Source of the DNA: Octopus sinensis
Lineage: Eukaryota
Assembly: GCF_006345805.1 (NCBI RefSeq)
Contig: NC_043000.1
Coordinates: 16,802,001 to 16,866,000, forward strand
Length of the DNA: 64,000 bases
Direction: 5' to 3'
Positions 14,166 to 27,000 of the stretch are shown piece after piece; position 1 is the stretch's first letter, and each line of letters starts with the position of its first letter. Below the pieces are notes generated by a model that saw nothing but the letters and a program-made list of their open reading frames with translations, searched no databases and was not told the DNA's origin. Both the position numbers and the translations under genes were made by a program.

Positions 14166-15219
14166 GTAATTTCTAACTTAGGCAAAAAAAATATTGATAA
14201 ATAATAATAATAATAATAATAAAAGTAATTTCTAACTTAACCAAAAAAATATTGATAAATAATAATAATAATAATAATAATAAAAGTAATTTCTAACTTA
14301 GGCAAAAAAAAATATTGATAAATAATAATAATAATAAAAGTAATTTCTAACTTAGGCAAAAAAAAAGAGACAGAATTTTGGGGTAGGTGTATATTAAAAT
14401 GAATTGATCCAACTATTTAACTAATAATAAAAATCTGTTAGCATGCAGTCATAAGTGGAGTAAAGTGCCTAGAGCAACAATGAAATATAATATCTGAACA
14501 TAGCAATGATGATGATGATGTAATACAAGACGATTCTAAATGCCCTCCTTTATCAACAACCAGATTCTTTACCACCTTTGAAAATATATATATTCTAATT
14601 AATTTTAGAAAAAAACCAGTATGGCCATATGTGTGTGGGTGTGAGTATGTCTGTATGGGGAACAATATTGCGAGACCTAGCACACCATCCAGTTTAATGC
14701 TACCATTCTGTTACAAGCATTTGAACAAGAACTTGGGGCCCCCCTACCTAGCTGGGTTTTCCCTGTAGATATTAACTTGCAGATTTTCAGACCGATCATT
14801 GACTGCTTCAGTCTCACCAACAAGGGAGGGTCTGCAGTGATTTAGATGGGGGCATTGTTCTTATTCCCCTGACCAAATTACAGATTAAAAAAAAAAAAAT
14901 AATAATGTAGAATCAGTTTCCATACTCAGTTAAAAAATGGTAATTTAAATTAAAAAATAGAGGGAAAGGGTATGGGTACATTTGATAGTGGTGGTGATGA
15001 TTAGTAGTGGGCAAGGACGGTGGTGATTTGGATTGAAACTGGAATTTCATAAAAGAAGCAACCTTAGAAGGAGATTGTAAAAGTAGATATGGACGGGGTT
15101 ATGCTCAAGGAATGGTGATAAAAATTTAGAACATTTCCTAGCATGATGTAGAACAATAGCAGGGTGTGTATATGTGTATATATATATATATACATGCCTA
15201 CTGTGTAGATTTGTGTGTA

Positions 15220-15259
<40 letters not shown>

Positions 15260-18200
15260 ATACAGAGTTCATTGCTACATGTTTGAAATTTTTCATTAAA
15301 TATGTGTATGAAATTGATTCCACTAAACATTATTTATCCCCCCTCCTTCTCTCTGATTGCCCCCCCCCCTCCAACCGCCTACTATGAATTATAACAAAAT
15401 ATAAATTGATGGAATTTGATAAGATTTTAGGATTTCAATTATACTGTTTATTTGTTTCCCCACCATCACCACCACCACCACCACCACCACCACCACCACT
15501 ACTTCTTTTAATTCTAAAAAGACATCTCTCTGAGAAATAAACAATAACAACAAAATTTTAATTATGGCTTTGAATACATATGGCAATTTTAAAAATAGCT
15601 AGTTAAGCGAAAAAAAAAAAAAAAGGGATTTTTTTTTTTTCTGAAAAGAGCAGAGTAAAAAGAAGAAATTTAAGAGAGCAGAAAGAGAAAAATATCAGAA
15701 AATTCAGCAGAGAATGATGGCAGAGTCAGTAATGGTCTGAAAGCAAAATTACTATAGATTTTAAATGCATTTAAAGGGACCCTTAATATTACAAAATATG
15801 AAATATTTTGGAAATCATTAATGGAATTTTAACATGAGTTTTGTTAAATAATTAGGGTGATGGGATGAGAAGTCAAAAGGTAAGCTATCAGAGAGCCATT
15901 CCACAGACCAGTTTTCAAATCCTGGTTATAGCCAACTTCATACCATTTATATAACAGTAATGTCCTTGAGAAAGACATGAATATTGTTTAATTCCTCTAT
16001 AAATTAATGATGTTCTACTTAATTTAAAAAAAAAAAGTCCTTATGATAATTATTTTTACTAAAGGTACAAGGGCTGAAATTTTGGTGGAAGGGATCAAGT
16101 TGATTACATCAACTTCAGTGCTTGACTGGTACCATATTTTATCAAGCCTGAAAGGAGGAAAGGCTGACCTTGGTGGAATTTGAACTCAGAATGTAAAGCC
16201 TGAAGAAATATTGCTAAGCCTTTTGTCCAGTATGCTAACAATTCTGCCAACTCGCCTTCTTGAGAGTCCCTATAATAATGTACTAATAATATACTTAGCT
16301 ATCAGAAAAATTTGTTAAAATTATTTTCCAATAAAAATCTGAAGTTTCTAAAAGATGTGTGATATTTTAACCTTAAGAGTAAGTTAAAATATCTGGGAAG
16401 AGATAGGAGAAAGTGATCTCAACAAGATCTTAGTTGAATCCTCATTAATAATGTCTCATCTTCCTTGATATGTTCAATGCCTCAAAACATCTGAAAAGAC
16501 TTCAATTGTCTTATCAGAAGTCTCAAAGAGAAAAAACTGTTAGGATTTGAACTTAATACTGTTAGTTTAAAAAGAAGCTAGTACTCCTACAACCTATGAC
16601 AATTATCTGCACCACATCATGGTATCTCTTTGCCGAATGGTAGACTGGGCCAGTGAGAGTTAAGTGTCCAAGAGTAGAGTGCAGGAGATAGAATATAGAC
16701 TGTTAGCTCTTCTCTAGGAGGCTGGTAACAGTTTTCTCAGATGATAGTCCTATTAACAGATAAACTCCTCATATTCATATCCTCTGATGGTAGACTAACA
16801 TCTGAGAGTTTCTAAAAATTCAAGCAACTCCAATTGTGGGCCCTTGTATGGAATTTTAGGCAGTGAAATGGAGTTTGTTGCAGAATTGGCAACACTGAGC
16901 TAGTCATATACTCATCTTAAGGTCTAGTTTTTGCATACAGTACCCAAGGTAGTATAAAATGTGGCAATTTAGCCTGAAAGTTCCTAGCTCTGATCCATTG
17001 CTACTCTTAAATTGTTTCTCATATTTAGTTGACATGCATTTTGAAGTGATTTGTCTTTTTTTAAATTTTTACTTTGTATAAGAAGCAGTTAAATGGAGTT
17101 AGCAATGTTTGAACTTATCATATAGTCAGAAACTACTGAATCTTAAAACAATGCTTTCTACAAACAAACAAGAAATGTTAGTTTGTACCCCAGCTTTTCT
17201 TTTAGAAGAATGAGAAAGATATTTTAGAGGTGTGGAGAAATAAAAGAATTAACAATTAATTAATAAACAATTTAGAGGAAAATCCTATAGCCTCCAGATT
17301 CTTTGATTTCTAGTGATCATTCCATTTTGTGTATCTATAGTATTGGTGCTTATCTCTGGTGTTTGCAGAATTTAGCCGATAGGGTGCTGCAGTCTCTGAA
17401 TGTTGGTATCAATGACTCAAAAGGCAGTGAAACAGCCCTGTAGGTGTTTTGACCCCCTTCCACTCAAACACCAGGGCTGCCTGGGGCCATCCATTGATGC
17501 AGGTGACAAAACTCCCACACAACAGCACAAGTTTTGTTGAGTCAGATGTTGTGACACTTGGCCAAATGTTTCTACCATCTGCAATGCTCATTCTTGCTGC
17601 ACCACTTGTCCTCTCTTGAGCCAGATGTCATGGTTTGTGTTTTAAGTGGCTTCCCTCTGAACAGGAAGCTAGTCTATTCAATTATCATTACTTTGTGAGA
17701 GAACTGAATTCAGCATTGCACATCAACACTTTATCATTAATTCCACTGTGTCCTCTAAAGTACCATCTAAGAACAAGAGGGAGTCAACATGGTAACAGTG
17801 ATAGCATATGAACTATTTTCCCATTCTTGTTTCAGTTTTCTTGTATCCAATCAACTTAACAATCAGCTCCACCATTCATATCCAAGATTATCAGAATCTA
17901 ACAAGATAACCCCTACTTCTATATTTCTCTGAATAAATATTCTTTATTCCTTGTATACACTCAGGCAATAGATTCTTATACATCTCATCCATGACAAACT
18001 ATTGCTTTACACAAAGAAGAAATTCTGGTCTTATTATAAAGGTTGTAAATTCAAAATAAATATTCCTAAAAAGTATTTCATGTTCTGAAAGAACAAGAAG
18101 TAGGGTCAGTGTTTTGTCTGAGAATCAACCAGGTAGTTTCCTTGTCTTACTAAAGGCACTAAACAAGTGTGTGTGTGTGGGGGGGGGACCCTTCCTGTTT

Positions 18201-19140
18201 AACTGGCTGCAGAGCAAAAAGCTGGCAAGAGGGCTTTCCTAGATACTGAGGATTAACCCAACCCTGACTTCAAAATGTGAAAGAGAGTAAATAAATAAAT
18301 AAAGCTATCAAACTGCTTGGCATGGAGACACAGCAGCATCAGCTATGCTGGGTGGAGGTGTTAACAGAATTGGTATGGGGTGGAATTGGGGATGGAGCTT
18401 CAGCACCAGGAGCAGTTATTTTTTTTTTCATTTTTTTTTTTCCATAAAAGTCTACAACTTACCAATGTATGAGGAAGCTACATGAACAGAACAAATGGCT
18501 GTCAGCAGTTTTATTAAGAAAAAAAATTTGAAATAAACTACAGTGATGTGTAATGTATTTAAACAGTCATCAACAAATCAATGGAAACACACAGAAGCTT
18601 TTGTTGGCCTTCCATAAACAAGAAGATACTTTGTTTCAATGTCTGAGAAGAGTTACTGTGAATACAATTTATTGGACTGTTAACTTCATCTTTAAGGATG
18701 AAAAATACTTTAATATTTACATATACACTACAGTCTCATTTGTATGATCTTTGATTAGCATCAGGTGTCTTATTCCTGGATGTGTACATAGTACCAGCAT
18801 GCATTCAAACTAGGAGTGTTTATTTCTAAACTAAGGTTAGAAACACTCTTAAATACTAGGTCAGTGATGCATGAGGTCTAGAAGATAATAACGTTACCAC
18901 CTTTATTCTTATTATTCTTTTACACGTCTCAGCCCTAAGGCTGTGGCCATGCTGGGACACCAGCTTCCTTGTTCAAATCCAATCTGGAACTGTGTACACA
19001 TCCAGGAAGAGAGCAACTGATAATGACTGGAGGTCAGATCACCTGATAGATCATGAAGATGTAAATAACAAAACATTTTCCAACCATAAAGATGAATAGT
19101 CTGAACAATTACAGTCATAATATAGATTGTACTCAACTGA

Positions 19141-19171
<31 letters not shown>

Positions 19172-21006
19172 TTGATATCTAACATAATTTCTGGGGAGAG
19201 GATAAAGTTGATGAAATCAACTTCAATACTTGACTGGTACTTACTTTATCAACATGAGAACAATGAAAACAAAATCAACCTTAGCAGGATTTGAACTTGG
19301 AGGGATGCAACCAAATGCTGGAAGGCATTTTGTTCATCACTCTACAGACTTAACAAATTTTTCTTAGCTTTTTTTTTTTTTGTTTGAAATATTCTAAGGA
19401 AAGTATTTTCTGTCTGATGTCTTCAGACCTGATGGAAAGAGACATTTTTTACCTCCAAGTAATCAACACCTATGCTATGTGTATACAATCATGAACAAAT
19501 AACAATAATAAAGAGATAATAATCAACAAAACAATGAGCAGAGGAATGGTGCCTTGGCAAGTTGAGAAGAAAAAGAGAAATGAATACAGCAGAAACAACA
19601 GCAACATTATTTTAAAATGTAGAACAATGAATAATCCTATTAATTTATATTGAGATAGAATCTTTCACAAGAATTGGTTTGCTCCAGTCAAAATAACATC
19701 TCCTATGAATGGAGTAAGAACAAAGCAGCAGTGTACGTCTAGAAGGGTAATGGTTACTTTTGACAAGTGGAGGTGCAATGGCCCAGTGGTTAGGGCAGCG
19801 GACTCGCGGTTTCGATTCCCAGACCGGGCATTGTGAGTGTTTATTGAGCGAAAACACCTAAAAGCTCCACGAGGCTCCGGCAGGGGATGGTGGTGATCCC
19901 TGCTGTACTCTTTCACCACAACTTTCTCTCACTCTTACTTCCTGTTTCTCTTGTACCTGTATTTCAAGGGGCCAGCCTTGTCACTCTCTGTGTCACGCTG
20001 AATATCCCCGAGAACTACGTTAAGGGTACACGTGTCTGTGGAGTGCTCAGCCACTTACACGTTAATTTCACGAGCAGGCTGTTCCGTTGATCGGATCAAC
20101 CGGAACCCTCGTTGTCGTAACCGACGGAGTGCTTCCATCCACTTTTGACAAGGTACAAGGACAAATTTTGAATACACAGAGGGCTATAGCAAATTGAATC
20201 ACTCAAAGTACATACACATATATATATAATTTCCTCGACCATGGAGGTTGAAAGAATATAAAAAGAAACTGATCTCAATGGTGAAATTTTAATTTAGTTA
20301 ACACAGAGATGAAACCAAATATTATAATGTGTTTGGTCTGATATAAGACTGTTTATGTAATTAGTCAACTAACGTACAAACCAGATTTTTTTTGTTGATG
20401 ATGATGACGATGATGTGATTTCGGTGTTCAGAGAGAAAGACATCGTTTCATCCTCCTGAGGTATAATTCTTTCTAATTTTGGCACAAGGCCAGCAATTTT
20501 TTGTGGTGATGGCAAAGTTGATTACATCAACACCAGTGCCCAACTCGTACTTATTCTGCTGACCACAAAAGGATGAAAAACAAAATAAATATTGACAGCG
20601 TTCGAATGCAGAATGTAAGTTGGAAGAAATGCTGCTAAGCATATCGTCCAGCATGCTTCCTATATTTCCAACTCACTGCCTTATCCTAAGGTATTAATTC
20701 AAAAGTAAAGAAAATAAGAGGAACAGCAAATCTTGTGCTTGAAAGCCTGCTCAACAGTTGCCGAAAGCCACTTTTATGGCTCTTGAAAGTTTGTTCATTG
20801 GTTCCTAAAAGCCTCTTCTATGCGATATTTATTACACCACAGGTGTTACTACAATGCTTAGTTCTGATCTGGATTGCATATTATCTTATCAGATAATATG
20901 GTTGTGAAAAGGCCAATCCTTGGCTTATCAAATACAACAAAAAATAGTTGTTAAGAGTATTTTTGCAAGGAGCTGTTCATTAGTCGAAGCCAGTAACACA
21001 ACAATT

Positions 21007-21087
<81 letters not shown>

Positions 21088-24000
21088 ATGTTGGCCTGCT
21101 CGCTTAGCCAGCAGGGTGGCGTCATTTGCAGGCTAAAACAATGCTAAGCACATTGTGACCAGCGATGTGTAGCAACATCTGATAGCCTGGTCGGTCACGG
21201 TGATCACGGTGATATATATATATATATGTGCACACACATTTTGAATAGGATAAAATTTCTTAATGTGACACAAATTTAAAATTGGAATTATTAATTGGAA
21301 TGAGAAATAATCCAAGAGACAACAATAAAATTTTATTGAATTTGATATATTTTGAAATAAAAGAAAATAAATGCATATACATATATATATATGGCAAGAC
21401 TTTCAAAACTTTTTCAATCCTAATGATAAAGAGAAAAGAGATGAAGCTTAATATTAAAAACAGGCATCATGAGGACAGTGTTTTAGTTGGTGTTCTTGTT
21501 CAGCCTTTTTCCAACACATTTATGGTCAAGGATATGCTAGCTATGAATATAATGAATCTAAAATTCCAATTTTTAAGTTGCAGAGTGCAACTGGAGGAAG
21601 GTTTGCCTCCTATTTCTTGCAGACCACGTAACTTTGTAGAGGCTCTCTTTCACTGGCTCATGGACCTAGCTTAAATATATGTTATTAAAATAATGTATCT
21701 GTAACACACAGAATATCTGCTGGTTGCTGTTCAGCCCTAGGTCAGTCCAGAGAGTGTCATTCATGACATTTGTTGGATGATCACACAGAGAACATCACTG
21801 ATTGTCAGACTGACCCGAGCATACTACTGAGGATCAAATTGACCAGGAAGTAAATTCATGCCAGGGGGCACTAATAATTGCTAAAGTGACCAGAATGCAT
21901 CAGTGATAGCTGCAGTCACTTGGGAATGTTTAGTAATAGCAAAATCTACTTAAAAGTATCGTGAATGGCAATCAGATAACATCTTTGGTGATGGTCATAT
22001 TGAGAGGGTTTCACATTTGATGGTCAAGTGTCTGACACAACATTCAGTCATATCTAGGATTAATATTTTGTGTACAGGATTAATATTAACTGATTAAATG
22101 AGTTTCCTAATAATCACGTGTACAATTCAGTTATACATGTAGGAACATCAAAGAATATGCTAAATTTAGATGAGTGGAAGGCAGAGTTTAGACACTGGTC
22201 TTGATTATACAAGATAGATTTCTTAGTCATCTATCGGAGAACCATCTTGGAAGTGTAAAAACCAATCTAGCAACAAAAAGTATATTCATTCAGGTAGGAA
22301 CGGATCTGGGATGTCATATTAGCTAAGCGTGGAGGCGCAATGGCCCAGTGGTTAGGGCAGCGGACTTGCAGTCGGAGGATCGCGGTTTCGACTCCCAGAT
22401 CAAGCATTGTGAGTGTTTATTGAGCGAAAACACCTAAAGCTCCACGAGGCTCCGGCAGGGGATGGTGGTGATCCCTGCTGTACTCTTTCACCACAACTTT
22501 CTCTCACTCTTTCTTCCTGTTTCTCTTGTACCTGTATTTCAAAGGGTCAGCCTTGTCACACACTCTGTGTCACGCTGAATCTCCTCGAGAACTACGTTAA
22601 GGGTACACGTGTCTGTAGAGTGCTCAGCCACTTGCACGTTAATATCACAAGCAAGCTGTTCCGTTGATCGTATCAGCTGGGACCCTCATCGTCACAACCG
22701 ACGGAGTGCTCCTTATTAGCTAAGCAACAATATAATCTTCCAAGTAGTGGCCCTCTTTGGAGCAACACTAAGGTAACTACAATGTGTACACACACACACA
22801 CTTTTAGGGTTGTGTAAGTAGAGAAATTCTAGGTAGATCATATCTAAAATACAATCATGCTCTCCCACTCTCTGGTGGTCTTTTCTGGCAATTCCACATA
22901 CACAACATAGCAAAAGCTGCATCATGAAGACTGACCACTCCTCTTTCAAAGCCATAAAATTACATGACCTTTGATCAACAACTGAGCTTGTCTACAAAGC
23001 CCAAGTTCGACTTATATGAGTAGTGCTCCTGTATGTGGCACAGTGTTGCTACTACATACACTAACACCACAAACTGCATCCAAAAGAAAGCCAAGAAGCT
23101 GGCTGGCAAAGACTCACTCACAAAAGTACTACAACCTCTGACTTCCAACGGAATTGTAGTTTCCTTACTCTATTTCTTTTCTCAATACTATAATTGTTAT
23201 TTGTTCCTTCTCGAGTCACACCTGGCTCATAAGGGCTGGTTTCCCGGTTTCCTTGGCGTATAGGTTCCCCACCTGGACGGGACACCGGTCCGTCGCAGGT
23301 GAGCTGCAAGATGCAGGAGGAAAGAGTGAGAGAATGTTGTGGCGAAAGAGTCAGCAGAAGTTCGCCATTACTTTCTGCCGGAGCCACATGGAGCTTAGGT
23401 GTTTCGCTCATAAACATACACCGCCCGGTCTGAGATCCAAACCCGCGATCCCTTGACTGTGAGTCCGCTGCTTCCACTCATTACTATAATGGCCTCTGCT
23501 TGTCTGAACTAGATGTATACTTAGATACCACTTCCATTCAAGCCCAGCCAACAACCTGTCTCTCCTTCTCTCAATCACCTTTACTTTACTGAGGTGGACT
23601 GGACAATCCAAACATGAAATATAGTAGGATCATTACTACTGCTGTCTTGATAAAAAAGGACATCAATTACATAAGAGTGGGGAGTGAGAGAGAGAGAAAA
23701 GGATGAGTCAGGGATGTGATGATGAGCTGTAGGCTGCATGGCAATAGGCAAGTGCACAAGGGGTGATGGCAGTAGGCTGAGCTAGAATCTAGAGTCACAC
23801 ATAAAACAATGTGTGTACATATGCAAGGAAGCAGTAGCAGCAGCAGCAGCAATGACAACAGCAACAACGGAGGATATTGGAACTGCAGCAAGATTTATAT
23901 TAGATTCAGCTCTGAAGTTGTTCATGTATAATAAGTATGTTGGCCGAGATGCTTCACACCTCTCACTTGCATTATCTTTGTCATATTCCAGCAGACACAC

Positions 24001-27000
24001 CCATACGAAAACTCTTTACTCTTTTACTTGTTTCAGCCATTTGACTGTGGCCGTGCTGGAGCACCGCCTTTAGTTAAATCTCTCAAACTACACCCTATTG
24101 TCTTAGAAAAGGAAGGACACAGTGGATGATATAGCTTTAGATGCACTATGCAGGAATAATAGGATGAAATCAACACCTTTGATCATAGGATTGCTTGGTC
24201 AGTGTAAACCCTGAGATCTGAACAGCAATATAGACATTCATAAAGCTATTCGTGTCCATTGCCAGCCTCCCCTGGCCCCCTGCTGGTGGCACATAAAAAG
24301 CACCATCCGTTCGTGGCCGTTTGCCAGTTCTGTCTGGCACCTGTGCGGGTGGTACGTAAAAAGCACCCACTACACTCACGGAGTGGTTGGCGTTAGGAAG
24401 GGCATCCAGCCGTAGAAACACTGCCAGATTTGACTGGGCCTGGCGCAGCCTTCTGGCTTCACAGACCCCAGTAGAACCGTCCAACCCATGCTAGCATGGA
24501 AAACGGACGCTAAACGACGATGATGATGATGATGATTATGGTTGATGATAAGAGAGGAAGGGGGAAATGTGAATGCGTAAGGTGGAGATAAGCTTTGTGT
24601 TGCCCATATATGGTTAAAAAAAAAAGTAGGTAGAATAGAAATAGGACAAGGAAACACAAAGTTAGTATTGTGAAGCTTTTAGGAGAAATGACCAAGAAGC
24701 AAGGCAACATTGCAAACCAATTTGACCTCACCCAGAAACATGAAAGTTATAATGGAAAATGATATGATGATAATGTATTTCTTTACTACCCACAAGGGGC
24801 TAAACACAGGGGGGACAAACAAGGACAGACAAAGGGATTAAGTCGACTACATCGACCCCAGTGTGTAACTGGTACTTAATTTATCGACCCCGAAAGGATG
24901 AAAGGCAAAGTTGACCTCAGCAGAATTTGAACTCAGAACGTAAGCGGCAGACGAAATACCTATTTCTTTATTGCCCACAAGGGGCTAGACAAACGGGTTG
25001 AGTCGATCACATCGACCCCAGTGCGTAACTGGTACTTAATTTATCGACCCCGAAAGGATGAAAAGCAAAGTCGACCTCGGCGGAATTTGAACTCGGAACG
25101 TAACGACAGACGAAATACGGCTACGAATTTCGCCCGGCGTGCTAACGTCTCTGCCAGCTTGCCGCCTTATGATGATAATGGGTGGAAGAGAATCGACTGT
25201 GCAAGAGACAAAAATCTATGAAAGATGTGAATAAAAATAAGTGAAGACAAGCTCAACGCTCATGCTGTTTTCTCTGTATCAAATCACCAAAGTTATCTTT
25301 GTAGCAACCTTTGAGAGCAACCCTTGAGAGTTGTGGACAAGGCAGTGTCAAGAGGTGTAAAGAGAAAATTGAAAATAGTTTAGAATGAAATGACTAAGCT
25401 CTGATGCATTCAGAGTGTGCATGTGTTTGTGTGAGTGTAATCCATGCCAACATGAAAATGCATGGGCTACAAGAATTGATACTTTCTTCCATGCACAAAA
25501 ATATGAAAAGAATGAATTTCACAGAACTTCAGTCAACACTGATTTATATATACAAACAGTCACATGTCTTCATATATATATATATATATATATATAAATA
25601 AGGATAAGATCATTAATTTAAAATAAAATAACGATCTTATCAAGAGGCCAGCATGGAAAAAATAACCTTCAAAGGTAATAATTATTAAAATTATAACTTA
25701 GGGTATCTACGAGATATCGCCATGCTGAAAATAGCAGCCACGATCTGACTCTAAAACCACCTTAAGTGCTCATATAGCAACACAGAGAGAAGACAAAATG
25801 ACAAGATAAAACTAGTAAAAAATTACTGGATATATATATATATATATCTATATATATATATATATTTACACACACACATATAAATAAATATATATGTATA
25901 TAAACAACAATTTATCAGTGTGTTGTTATTGACAGTAATTAGGAAGGAGTAGGAGTCACATGAGGGGTGGGGCACTGTACTGATAGACATACATTTAGCT
26001 TAAAAGAAACAGCTCATCATATTCCTGCATCACCTGATCTGTGAGGGGCCAAACATCCTGACATCTAACCTCACCACTTCCGCTCATGTCTTACACTACC
26101 ATTCTCTACAACAGATACCACCTTCTTGTCACAGTCTCTATCGCTGCTACTTTCTACCTCCTACGGCACATTTTTTTTTACCCCCCCTACTTAATGACTG
26201 TCCCTATCATATGTCCACACCAGTGCAGCTGTCTCTTGTGTGCATCTTGTCTGGTATTCATAACGTGCAGATGCTCTCTTTCAGCGCCTTTGTACGGCCA
26301 AGATTCTGTTCACATGTTGCAATTTTAGTGGAACTCATGCTGGATATGGAGAATACATTTAGAAACAGCCTTACATCTTAGAACACCTGGACACTTTCAG
26401 GAAGCTTCAAGTTGTCTGGCACAACCAAAGTGTATGCATGTGGTTCATGAGTTTATTATGATGTCTATCTCGACATTCTGCAGCATAATCTACTTCTGCA
26501 TGTGCATGTGTGAGAGAGTGTGTGTGTGCATGCATATGTAAACATATGCTTGTATGCTCATGTACCCATAAACATACACGCAATTTATAAGTTTTCCACA
26601 CACACACACACACACACCTATGTGTAGATGAGCATGTCTGCGTGAAATTATTAATCCAGTTGCAAGGATATATGTATAACTGCCAACCAGTTGAAGTAGA
26701 GACTATATCGTAATTAACAATGCACGTGCACACACACATGCACAAACACACACACAATACCTGTCGTTCAAAAATCACAACTGAAACAAGAGCAAAGAGA
26801 AGGAAAGTAAATAGACCAATGATAGAGAGAAATGTTGTAGACAAACATACCTTAGTTGTAGAGCTGACTGATGCATTGTGGTCAAGCAGGAATCGTACCA
26901 TATTTGTTTGTCCAAAGTGGCAGGCAGTGTGCAGCGGAGTGTAACCAGCCTAAGAAAGAAGACAAGAGACGACTTCAGTATTATAAGAATTTTTTTTATA

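Noticed and set aside
19887-20090. Recurrent [23 protein letters not shown]... (also at 2267, 40041, 46411)
   Set aside because: It is an incidental frame inside SINE family B copies, not a gene family
23782-24073. ORFs of 70-86 aa on both strands around a (GCA)n tract
   Set aside because: No recognisable domain or splice support; low complexity
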